DNA of 64,000 nt from Octopus vulgaris (Eukaryota): contig OX597838.1 in the NCBI GenBank assembly GCA_951406725.2, positions 20,832,001 to 20,896,000 on the forward strand, written 5' to 3'. Every line of letters starts with the position of its first letter. The stretch's first letter is position 1. The notes below the pieces were generated by a model that saw only the letters and a list, made by a program, of their open reading frames with translations, had not been told where the DNA came from and ran no database searches. Both the position numbers and the translations under genes were made by a program. This document shows positions 12,641 to 23,922 of the stretch, piece by piece.

Positions 12641-13889
12641 ATTTGGGTTTACACTCCAGTGGCTGTGGTTAGATTTGAACTTGTGGACTATGGAGGAGAA
12701 TCGTAACATTGAATCAGCTCTTCTTAACCGATTACTCATGTAATCCTTGTTGTCCTTGTTGTTCTTAACCAATTACTCATGTGGCCCATGTAGTGCGTTT
12801 GTTTTGTGGAATTCCCTGAAAGTGTCCATGGAAACCGTTCAACATGTGTTGGGATTGAAAGAAAAGGCGAGGTGGTGGTGGTGGGGGGATAAAAAAAAAT
12901 AAATAGGATATCTGTGAAAAAGAAATTAACGAGAAAAGAAAGGAAATAAGTTATGCATTAATGGTCGTAGATAGATTCCAGATTTTGCTGAGATTCCTTA
13001 AAGAACACTCATCATCCAGAAGGGACGGGACATGCGGGTGTAGGGGGGGTGAGTGAAGGGTTTTTATTTTCCTGTTGCTTGGCTTCTGGGCTACTGCTGA
13101 TTATGACAAATGAACAGGTGAGGGGAGAGGGTTTTTAAAAAAAAAAAAAAAAAAAAACTAATGATTTATCTCGTGTTAATTAGTAACGTAGCCTTCAATA
13201 CAATAGGGAAGAAAATTTAGTAAGCTAAAAAAAAAAAGAAAATAGATGATTGCTAGGAAGCAACTTCCATGTTGTTTCTATTACTAAATTAAGTCAGGAC
13301 TTGCTGTTTGCTGTTGACATTGTCCTTGTTCCTCCTCTTCCTCCTCCTCCTGATCACAAAGCAAGTTAGCTATCTACTTGGTGTTTGTAAGAATGGGCAG
13401 GTTAAAAGTAAACTTAAGTCATCCAGACGCAGGAGTGGCTGTGTGGTAAGTAGCTTGTTTACCAACCACATGGTTCTGGGTTCACTCCCACTGCGTGGCA
13501 CCTTGGGCAAGTGTCTTCTACTATAGCCTCGGGCCGACCAAAGCCTTGTAAGTGGATTTGGTAGACGGAAACTGAAAGAAGCCCGTCGTATATGTGTATA
13601 TATATATATATATATACATATATATGCGTGTGTGTGTTTGTGTGTCTGTGTTCGTCCCACTAGCATTGCTTGACAACCGATGCTGGTGTGTTTATGTCCC
13701 CGTTACTTAGCGGTTTGGCAAAAGAGACTGATGAAATTAGTACTGGGCTTACAAAAGAATAAGTCAAGTTGCTCGATTAAAGGCGGTGCTCCAGCATGGC
13801 CGCAGTCAAATGACTGAAACAAGTAAAAGAGTGAAAAGAGTATACCTTAAAGTAAATTAAATTAAGGGTTACCCAAAATTCATTCCCAC

Positions 13890-14353
13890 TGCACTGTGTG
13901 AAAGTACATTTACATGCGTGTAGGCATCTCGAGAGTCATTCAGAAATTCCATTAATAATCTTCTTGTTAGTCCACAGAATAGACAGGGATTCCTCGGAGC
14001 AGAGACGGCATCTCCTGGAAATTATATTGTATGGTTTCGTGTACCTTACTATGGACCAATTAATGCTGTACTTCATTTTATCCTCCTTCAATTGCCATAC
14101 ATGTTGAATGTCTCTTATTGATTGTCTTAAAGCTGGCAATATGGTTATGATAATGATTCTTAAATGAATCAGCCGTCTGCCCAGTGTAAACATAGAGCCT
14201 GCCCCTTGTGTGGACAGTACATTTATATACAAGATTTGTACTCATACAGAGGTTCATGAAAGGACATTTCGATTTTTCTCTGCATGAGCTTTTATCATAT
14301 TTATTTGTATATAAGGCAGTCCCAACTCCATTTACTGGAGTTAGCTGTATCAT
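13890..14353 (-). mobile_element. Penelope-like retroelement remnant: GIY-YIG endonuclease
   Basis: Frameshifted ORFs give SCREKSKCPFMNLCMSTNLVYKCTV...YTGQTADSFKNHYHNHIASF...HST and QHVWQLKE...INWSI...CRLCSEE...IN..SE. These are the Cys-rich linker and GIY-YIG motifs typical of Penelope-like elements. Confidence 0.85.
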
Positions 14354-14470
14354 CTACTGAAAATTGGTTGTTGTTGGTGTTTATCATTGCGGTTTACTTC
14401 TACTTGGTTGGTATTTAGATGGAAATGTTCACAAGATCCAGTAGGTGGTTTATTTAATATTTACCGCATT

Positions 14471-14600
14471 TTGCTAGTTAAGAATATCTCTACAAGAATC
14501 TTAATATTATCAGCTAATAATAAAACTTTTGAATCACATGCAACTTATAATGCAGCTCTAGCTAGGGCTGGGTACCGTGAAAAAATGTAATATATACAAG
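14471..14600 (+). mobile_element. Penelope-like RT C-terminal (thumb) fragment, inverted relative to the adjacent endonuclease
   Basis: LVKNISTRILILSANNKTFESHATYNAALARAGY resembles the PLE motif (I..RLS..S.....F......Y..AL...GY). Confidence 0.6.
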
Positions 14601-14755
14601 AAGCAAGCATACACAACACTGGTAATTCCTCCAACTGTGATACACATTGTATACCACCACAACGTCACGGTTTGAGAACTCATTCAGAGAAAGAATACAA
14701 TTGTCGTGATTAATAATAAATTCTCGTATATTCCATCTTCCATCATTCATTTGCC

Positions 14756-15092
14756 ATGTGTGTGTGTGTATGTCTGTATGTGTGTGCATGTATATGTGTG
14801 TGTATATATGTATGCATATGTGTGTGTATATATGTATATGTGTGTTTATATATGTATGTATGTGTGTCTATATGTGTGTGTGTATATGTATGTATATATG
14901 TGTGTGTCTATGTATGTATATATATGTGTGTGTGTATATATATATGTGTGTGTGTGTGTGTATATATATATATGTATGTGTGTGTGTATGTGTATATGTG
15001 TGTGTGTATGTGTATATGTGTGTGTGTGTGTATATATATATGTATGTGTGTGTGTGTACATATATTTATGTGTGTGAGCGTATGTGTGTGTA

Positions 15093-15126
<34 letters not shown>

Positions 15127-15186
15127 TATATATAAGTATATATGTGTGAGCATATGTGTGTGTATGCATATATATATGTATATATA
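14756..15186. repeat. Compound (TG)n/(TA)n microsatellite
   Basis: Direct inspection. Similar tracts at 45130-45390, 45855-46100 and 47110-47322 generate most of the spurious ORFs. Confidence 0.97.
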
Positions 15187-15756
15187 GTCCAACCCATGCT
15201 AGCATGGAAAGCGGACGTTAAACGATATGTGTGAGTGTATATATGTATGTGTGTGTGTACATATGTATATATGTGTAATTATGTATATATGTACACACAC
15301 ACAGGGAATTGCATAATTGTACTTCTGAAGTGAAGCCACACCAACAACAACAACACCGATAACGAACAGTTGACCTAATAAACGAAGCTTAGGTATGATA
15401 GGGAAATTAGCCAAATGCTTTTTATAATTAATATCTACTTATCACTAAGTCTTTTTATTTTGATTAGTGTCTGTACCAGGATACTCTCTGAGTCATGTGC
15501 CATTCTAAGAAATCTGGTGAGCTAGCAGAAGCGTTAGTGTGTCTTAGACAAAAATGCTTAGTAGGATTCCTTTCAACTCTACATTTTGAGTTCAAATCCT
15601 GTTGAAGTCAAGTTTATCATTTATCCTTTTTGTGGGTTGATAAAGCACCAGTCAAGCTCTGAGGTTGATGTAATCAACTAACCCCATCACCCTCTAAAAT
15701 TGCTGGCCTTGTTCCAAAATTTGGAATCTGTATTATTATTATTATTATTATTATTA

Positions 15757-16092
15757 TCCTCACCTCTTCATTAGCGAAGGCATTGTTTTCAGTCATGTTT
15801 GTATGTTTGTTTGTCTGTGGACAAGATATCTCAAGAACCGCTGGATGGATTCGGATGAAACTTTCAGGGATGTTTGGCCTCGTGACTGGCATGAACTGAT
15901 TAGATTTTCGGATCAATCCAGTACCGGACAAGAATTCTGGATTATTTTTCCTGTTTCTTTTACTTAATTTTTGAGAGCGGTGGGGTTCATTTTTAGTATT
16001 CTCATTTGTGAGAGCAATTGAGTTTATGTCAGATATTCTCATTTTAAAAATCATCTCTGGCTAATTGTTGAGAGGATGTTGGTGTTGCTGTT
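15757..16092 (+). mobile_element. Helentron/DINE-1-like non-autonomous element
   Basis: 5' hairpin cctc...gaagg, (tgtt/tgtc)n tract and the gatatctcaagaaccgctggatggatt..gatgaaactt core. A second, inverted copy lies at about 18780-19115. Confidence 0.6.
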
Positions 16093-16205
16093 ATTATTAT
16101 TTCACTTCTCAGAGCTCTTGATTTCAGTTTCTCCTGTTAATTCTGTAAGAGAGGACAACAACCTATTTCCAAGGATCTCTCAGGGTGTCTTTCCATGATA
16201 CTTAA

Positions 16206-16713
16206 CCCCTTGACGCCAGTATTACTCGAAGCATGCAAGACACTGCTCCGGGTTTTTTTATTTAATGAGGCCACACAAGTGCCAACGAGCTCGCGTCTGT
16301 TCACTGTTACAGTAACATAGCGTTGTCCATTTACGTCTACCGGTTTATGAAAATGTACTTTGTGAAGCTATTTATCATAATATGATATGCACAAGTTATT
16401 CTGCTCAAGTTCAGAAAATAGCTTGCGTGTGGTACAACTCAAAACACGTTATTATGCATGTAAAGTATCCGCATGTCATTGGTCTACTGCTAGTCTCATG
16501 ACTTGACGTAAACCTAAAATAGCTAAGATAATGCATGGGACGGCGAGTGTGCGCACCTAAAGAGATAAAGTACACGATAGCGAACGTAAACATACGTCAG
16601 CCGCTAAAACGTCCATGATAGATCTAGGGCAATTCTACATCGTATATTTATGTTATCCGTGGGTAGGCAAGCAAAAATGTGATCGCATATTTGCGTCAAC
16701 TGTTGTCAAGGGG
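16206..16713. mobile_element. piggyBac-type non-autonomous element
   Basis: TTAA|CCCCTTGAC(gccagt) ... (actgtt)GTCAAGGGG|TTAA; CpG-rich interior. Confidence 0.85.
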
Positions 16714-16717
16714 TTAA

Positions 16718-17800
16718 CACCCAAGTACCAATCTCAAAATCTTCACTGCCCTCAGTAAAGCAGTTTTCTGAGCATGTTCTACCTTCACGTCAATCTCAGC
16801 TTCTCCAACAAATTCCTCAAGCCTGATTGTTAACGCATCCAGTGCCCCTAAAAACCACTGGTTTGACAGTTACTCTTTTCATTGCCCACGTTTGCACAAT
16901 TTCACCTTTTAGTAAGTCTTACTTTTCAGTCTTTTCCAGCTCTTTGTCCCCCCCACTCAGGCATCCCCAGGTATGGCAATATCTGTGAGCTCGGCGAGCT
17001 GGCAGAATATCTGTGAGGCGGCGAGCTGGCAGAAACGTTAGCACACCGGGCGAAATTCTTAGCGGTATTTCGTCTGCCGCTACGTTCTGAGTTCAAATTC
17101 CGCCGAGGTCGACTTTGCCTTTCATCTTTTCGGGGTCGATTAAATAAGTACCAGTTACTGGGGTCGATATAATCAACTTAATCCGTTTGTCTGTTCTTGT
17201 TTGTCCCCTCTGTGTTTAGCCCCTTGTGGGCAATAAAGAATTAAATATCTGTGAGCTCGGTTTCCTTCCTTCTATCCACCACAACAATGTCTGGTCTCTG
17301 AGCATCAATCACAGAGTCACACTCGATTGTAAAACCCCTTAAGATCTTATACTCATTATTCTCAGTAATGCCTTCTGCTTTCTGCTCATACCATTTCCGT
17401 GTTCTTCAAGACCGTACTTCTCGCACAATCTCTAGTGAACAAACTTAGCTACATTATCACGCTTCCTTTTGTATTCCTTTTGGGCCAGTCTGCTACACTC
17501 ACTCACAAAAAAAAATGTGATGTTGTTTTGTTTTTGCTGCCACACACCCTACAAAGGGCCAATTCACTGCTCATCTATTTGGAACCTGGTGTAATTAGTC
17601 CTCAGAGCTAGTTCCCGGGCACTGCATATCCAATGCCTCAGTGCATCCTTTCAGATCAATTTTCCTTAGCCACCTCCTGTTGTTGGTCTTGTCTTTTCCT
17701 TCCATTTCTCTGAGGTATTTCCCCATGTATAGTTTTCATTTCCCTGTTGTTTAATCTTTCTTCTCCATCTTGCTTCTCAAATGTTTTTGGGTGTGTCACA
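16718..17800 (-). mobile_element. Degenerate restriction-like-endonuclease non-LTR retrotransposon 3' fragment (R4/Dong-like)
   Basis: Minus strand reads KWYE...ENNEYKIL...D..IDAQRPDIVVVDRRK...DIAIPGD...KELEKTEK (RPD..D..K-type RLE motif); interrupted by a SINE. A related fragment lies at about 36950-37160 (VPIKIGALGT). Confidence 0.75.
17018..17240 (+). mobile_element. SINE family B (ggcgagctggcagaa head; gcctttcatcctttcggggtcga Nin/Deu-like central domain)
   Basis: 17-bp target-site duplication aatatctgtgagctcgg (16978-16994 and 17244-17260). Other copies at about 18085-18735 (three, -), 35231-35648, 36095-36290, 42424-42650(-), 42830-43062(-), 46667-46895, 48045-48228(-) and 60530-60672(-). 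Confidence 0.9.
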
Positions 17801-17866
17801 TTTTCACAAGGTATCGTATTGCTATTTCTAACAGTAAAAAGCAAAAAGTTCAGCTGTTTGACGTAC

Positions 17867-17917
<51 letters not shown>

Positions 17918-18734
17918 GTTGCTAACAGCTTTGCCATTCATCCTTTCGGGGTCACTGAAATAAGTACCAGTTCAGCATCAAGGTCAATGTAATTAACTAA
18001 CTCCCTCCTCCAAAATTTCAGGCTTTGTGTCTGTAGAAAGAATAATAATAATAATAATGATAGATAATAATAATAATAATAATAATCCTTTCTACTATAG
18101 GCATGAGACCAGAAATTTTGTGGGAGGGGACCAGTTGATTATATTGACCCCACTATTTCACTGGTACTTAATTTATCAACCCCATAAGGATGAAGGGCAA
18201 AGTTGACATTGGCGAAATTTGAACTCAGAACACACAGGTGAATGAAATGCCACTAAGCATTTTTGTCTGACATGCTCATGATTCTGCCAACTTGCTTTCT
18301 TATAATAATAATAGTAATAATAATGATTTCAAATTTTGACACAGGGGCAGTAACTTTATGGGAGGGAATGAGTTGATTACATCGACCCCAGTGTTCAACT
18401 GGTATTTATTTTATCGATCCCTGAAGGATGAAAGGTAAAGTCGATCTCAGCAGAATTTGAACTCGGAACATAGTGATGGGTGAAATACCACTAAGCAATT
18501 TGTTCAGTGCATAATAATAATTCTTTCTACTACAGGCACAGAACCTGATATTTTGGGGAAGGGGGCTAGTCGATTAGATTGACCCCCAGATGCAACTGGT
18601 ACTTAATTTATTGGCCCTGAATGGATGAAAGGCAAACTCAACTTCAGCGGGATTTGAACTCAGAAAGTAGCAGCAGATGAAATACTGCTAAGTATTTCGT
18701 CTGGTGTGCTAATGGTTCTGCCAGCTCACCGCCT

Positions 18735-18765
<31 letters not shown>

Positions 18766-19615
18766 CACTCAGAACACACAAACCTCTGCCAAGGCAACAT
18801 CAATGTCCTCTCAATGATTAGTCAGGGATGATTTTTAAAATGAGAATATCTGAAATAAACTTGACTGCTCTCATGAACCCGACTAATCTAAAAATTGAAA
18901 GAAAAAAAAAACAAAAAAAATCATCCAAAATCCTTGTCCAGTACTGGAGTGATCCCAAAATCTAATCAGTTTGTGTCAGTCATGAGGCTAAACATCCCTG
19001 AAAGTTTCATCTGAATCCATCCAGCAGTTCTTGAGATATCTTGTCCACAGACAAACAAAGAAACAAACAAACACTGCTGAAAACAATACCTCCACCTTCA
19101 CTAAGGCAGGGGAAATAATAATAAAGGCAACAGACAGGCAGAACTGTTAGCAGATTGGACAAAAATGCTTAGCAATGCTTCATCTGTGTTTATATTCTGA
19201 GTTCAAATGCTGCTGAATCAACTTCGCTTTTCATCCTTTTGGGGTTGATAAAATTAGTACCAGTTGAGCACTGGGGTTGATGTAACCAGTGTGCGTACGA
19301 TGGGCTTCTTTCATTTTCCATTCACCAAATCCACTCACAAGGCTATCTATCATAGAAGGCAATTGCTCCCCCAAGGCACCCCGCAGTGAGATTGAACCTG
19401 GAATCATGTGGTCGGGAAGCAGACTTCTTACCACACAGCCATGCCTGCACCTATTTCTTCTTGTGAAGTTAGTTTCAACGCTTAATTAATGTGTTGAGCT
19501 AATGTGAAAGCTAATTAGAAATAATTATACAGCGAAAAAAAAGATAAAAATGGTTAATGACTCAGATTATTTTAATTATTAGTAGGAAAAAGCTGCCCGC
19601 TGGATGATTTCTCTG

Positions 19616-20245
19616 TTAGTCATTGTAACAGCTTACATTGTCAAGAAGGCCGAGGGTGTCTTGGCATCACTCAGCAAGACTTTTGTTAGCCGCTCTCCAG
19701 CCATCTATTTAAAACTGTATACAGCTATGGTACGACCACACTTGGAATTCGCATCATCAGTTTGAAACCCCTATCTTGCTCAGAACATTGACCTCCTGGA
19801 ATCTGTTCAGAGACGTGCAACCAAACGCATAGCCTCCATCAGACACCTACCATATTCTGAGCGCCTTGTTTCCCTGGGCATGGATTCACTGAAGCTCCGG
19901 CGTCTGGCGACGGACTTGGTAAACACCCACAAAGTTGTCAACCACCTCACCAATAACAACACTGAACACCTTTTTGATCTCCATGTGTCCAACACACGTG
20001 CACATGCCTATAAAGTCAGAAAACAACACAGCTCCCATGACTTTCGGAAACATTTTTCACGCTCAGAATTGCTGAAGCATGGAATAAACTGCCTGCGTCA
20101 GTTGTTGACTGCCATGACACTGCATCCTTTAAGGCCCTCATGCTTTCCGAAATCCATCGAAACTACACCTGATTATATATACACTTTCGATGAGTTGTAG
20201 TGCACCTGAGCACTGTACACAATGTTTATTATTATTATTATTATC
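19616..20245 (+). mobile_element. 5'-truncated CR1-clade LINE
   Basis: LKLYTAMVRPHLEFASSV*NPY...LLESVQRRATK...LPYSERL...LRR..DL and ...F..RV...WNKLP are CR1 ORF2 C-terminal motifs; (TTA)n tail. Confidence 0.93.
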
Positions 20246-21212
20246 TATGTGGGGCTTCATTTTAGAGTGAATCCCACCCTGTTGTAAGATTCATTCCAGC
20301 TTCTTGCACTCTGGGTTCAAATCCTGCTGAGGTCAACTTTACCTTTCATCTGTCCAGGGTTGATAAGGAGTCTCTTTGGCAGTGGACTGGTGGAATCATT
20401 AGAACATCAGATGTTCTGTCTCTGGATTCTGATTTTAAGTTCCTTGTGTTATAGAAGATATGTCATGCTAAGTGAAATCGTCATTGTGACCTGTGCTGGT
20501 GACTTGTAAACGTCACCCTTGTCGGTGACACATAAAAGGCACCCATGCTGGTAACATGTTAAAGGTTAAAGAATCTACTGGTAACTCTTTTATTAAGTAC
20601 TGAGTACAAAAAAGAAGTACATTATTGATTAAGAAAAAAAGTGAATCACTTTATTGAGAACCTTGTGCCTAGCAGCTACAGTATCATGCCCCACCGCAAT
20701 TCTCCCAGGCCCCACCAGTGGGGTGAATGCCCCACATTGTGGATCACTGGGTTAAATGTTTTCTTTTGTTGATTCTTCCTTCAACTGACTGCCATAAACC
20801 CAGTTGACACACTGGTTCTTCTGGGTGCCTGACACAATGACTGGCAATTCTCATTCTTCTCTGCTGGGTTTTCTGCTGGTAACATTAGCAGCATTGTTAT
20901 TAGATTTTGTCGAGTATGGAAGACAGCGTGAGACACATTTCAAATTTTATTAGATTTACCTACTCAACTGCATTTACCAAATTATGTTTTCTAAAAGTCA
21001 ACAGATGAGTTCACTTCACTGTAATAGGTGTTGCAGGTTGGCATGGTCCATTGTTGCAAAGAGCAGCAAGTAAGTAGCACTGACCACAGATGACCAATTA
21101 GCTTATATGTTTCGATGGTTGCTGTAAGGTCAAGTTGGCACTTGTGCTCAGTCTCACACACACACACACACACATGCTCTCTCTCAAGTGTACACAAAAA
21201 CATCTGCAAACA

Positions 21213-21254
<42 letters not shown>

Positions 21255-21919
21255 ACTTAAAAATGTGTGTGCATGCATTCACACATTGTGGAGATCTGTG
21301 CTAATTTGTCGATGTACGCACAAATATTAGTGCGCATATGCAAATGTGTGCTCACGTGTTCCTCCACACACTCCTACAGACACACATCTACACTTTCACA
21401 CATAACTCTGCTCTCTTATATACTTATCTCTTCACACACACACACACACACAAACACACACACTCTCACTCACTCACTCACTATATCTACTCTAATTTAT
21501 CACATAACCCTACACACACATAACAACTCTCTCATAGAACTCTACTCTCTTTTTCTCTCTCTCTCTCTCTCTCTCATATAGATCTCTACTCTTTCTTTCT
21601 CTCATATAGACCTCTCTCTCATTGACCTCTACTCTCACTTTCTCTCTCTCAGACTTCTATTCTCTCTTTCCTCTCACATATAGTCTACTCTCTCTTTCAG
21701 AATTCTACCCTCTCTTTCTCTCTCTCTCTCTCATATAGACCTCTACTCTCACTCAGACTTTTACTCTTTTTCACACTCAACCATACACAAATTCTACATA
21801 TACACATAACTCTACACTCTCACATATAAACTCCTGATTCCCTCACACATACATCTATATATATACATCTACACTATCACATATACTGCAACACTCTCAT
21901 CAACAGACATATGCATACC

Positions 21920-22340
21920 ATTATGTCCTCATGTGCCCCTGCGCTCTTGTGCACCTTTGCTCTCATGACCCTGCACTCTCATGTGCTCTTGTGCTTTCAA
22001 TTTCCCTGTGCTCTTATGTGCCCCTGCACTCTCTTGCTCCTGCGCTCTCATGTGCCCTTGCACCCTCATGTGCTCTTGTGCTTTCATTTGCTACTGCACT
22101 CTTATTTGCCCCTGTGCACCCTTGCGCTCTCATGTGCCCCTGTGCTCATGCACCCCTGCGATCTCATGTGCCCCTGCACTCATGTCCTTGCATTCTCGTG
22201 CTCTTGCACCCTCATGATCCTGCACTCATGTGCTCTTGTGCCTTCATTTGCCCCTGTGCTTTCATTTGCCCTTGTGCTCTCATAGACCCCTGCACTCGTG
22301 CTCCTGCACTCTCATGTGCCCCTGTACTCTTACATACTCC
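21920..22340. repeat. Degenerate minisatellite (tgcactctcatgtgcccc-like units) grading into CA-rich low complexity
   Basis: Recurrent ctcatgtgccc/ctcttgtgc modules; source of the 275-aa pseudo-ORF. Confidence 0.85.
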
Positions 22341-23794
22341 TGAGCTCACACATGCTCCTGCTTTCACCCAAACTCACCACTACACTTGTGCATACCACCA
22401 CCACACTCACTCTCACATACTGTCACACTCACCACTCATGGACACATATTGTCACACTCACTTATTACTGCACATACACACACTCTTACATATGTACACA
22501 CATGCTCCCACACACATACATGCTCCCACATACACATACTTCTATGCACACTCCTACACACATACACACTCACTCATTCAAGCACACATACACTCGTACA
22601 TACATGCTCATACGTATACTCACACACACATGCTACTGCATGTACTCACACACACACGTTCCTACACACACACACTTGCTTCTACACACACCCACATGCT
22701 CCTACACACACACACACATACATACTCCTACATTCACACACACACATTCTTTCATTAAGTACCTCCCACCCCCATCTATGTGTGTGTTTGCTTTATAATT
22801 CAAAAACAAATCCAAACAGTTGGTTTTTTACAGATCTTCAATCTCTAACACCACCTCATTTTTAATACATTAACAATAATAATTATCACTCTTTCGAAAG
22901 CATCATTTAATTGATATTGCTGAGATGGCAAGATTTTGTCTGGCATTGGCGCCTATCTCTAAATAAGTTCTAAAGCAGAGAAATCTTTTTATTATTTTAA
23001 AAAATTTCTTATCTGTAACAATCTAAAAACAACCCTCACCCCAAATTTAGTTAAAAATCTAATCCTATTGCTTTGGTAGATATTGTGATACCTTGCTCTA
23101 GCGGTGATTATAGTGGGGTTAGGGTAAGTTTCTTATTTTTTTTTTGCTTCGTTTCTCTTTATTTATCTGTAGAAAATTTCCCCTTGACTGAATTGGTTTA
23201 TGATAGTTAAAATTTTAATATCTCCTCTTATATGATTGTGTGTGTGTGTGTGTGTGCTTGTATATCATGATAATCATTTAACAATCAAATTCACTGATGT
23301 GGCCGATGACAGCACCGCATGACAGGCACATGTACCAGTGGAACGTTAAAAGCACCATCCGAGTGTGATCGTTGCCAGGGCTGCTGACTGGCTCCTGTGC
23401 CGGTGGCACATAAAAAGCACCATTTGAGAATGATTGTTACCAGCATCACCTTACTGGCACTTGTGCTGGTGGCACGTGAAAAGCGAAATTCGAGTGAGGT
23501 CGTTGCCAGTGCTGCTGGACTGGCTGCTGTGCAGGTGGCACATAAAAAACACCATTTGAGCGTGGCCGTAGCCAGTACCGCCTGACTGGGCCCTCGTGCC
23601 GGTGGAACGTAAAAGCACCCATTACACTCTCGGAGTGGTTGGTGTTAGGAAGGGCATCAAGCTGTAGAAACTCTGCAAGATCAGATTGGAGCCTGGTGCA
23701 GCCATCTGGCTCGCCAGTCCTCAGTGAAACCATCCAACCCATGCCAGCACGGAAAGCAGATGTTAAACGCTAATGATGATACATATATGTATCT

Positions 23795-23922
23795 TTTATT
23801 CTCAAGCAAGAAGGTTGTTGACAGTGATTTCAAAATTTCGGCCAGCTAAGCCATCATTTGATGATGGCTTAGCTGGCTGAAACTTCAAAGTCACTGTTAA
23901 CAACATTCTTGTTCAAGAATAA
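23795..23922. repeat. Fold-back inverted repeat with a truncated hammerhead-like motif (Penelope pLTR-like)
   Basis: About 60-bp arms around catcat-t-tgatgatg. The + arm reads TGATGA-tggcttagctggct-GAAAC-ttcaaa-GTC. Confidence 0.7.

Noticed and set aside
13103-13117. Possible alternative first exon ATG ACA AAT GAA CAG|GTGAGG
   Set aside because: Phase-compatible but with no promoter evidence, and it would truncate the BAR domain; too short to distinguish from chance.
13370-13666. Recurrent ORFs with RASFSFRLPNPLTRLWSARGYSRRHLPKVP
   Set aside because: Antisense reading of SINE family A, not a gene family.
14706-15205. Overlapping CVYI/HTYI ORFs (also near 45-47 kb and 62 kb)
   Set aside because: Dinucleotide microsatellite translations.
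21037-21069. 33-nt in-frame cassette (VGMVHCCKEQQ) with a GTAAGT donor
   Set aside because: Poor pyrimidine tract and a peptide unlike BAR sequence; expected by chance in 45 kb.
21931-22865. 275-, 166- and 159-aa His/Cys/Thr-rich ORFs
   Set aside because: Products of a degenerate minisatellite and CA-rich low complexity, open in several frames at once.
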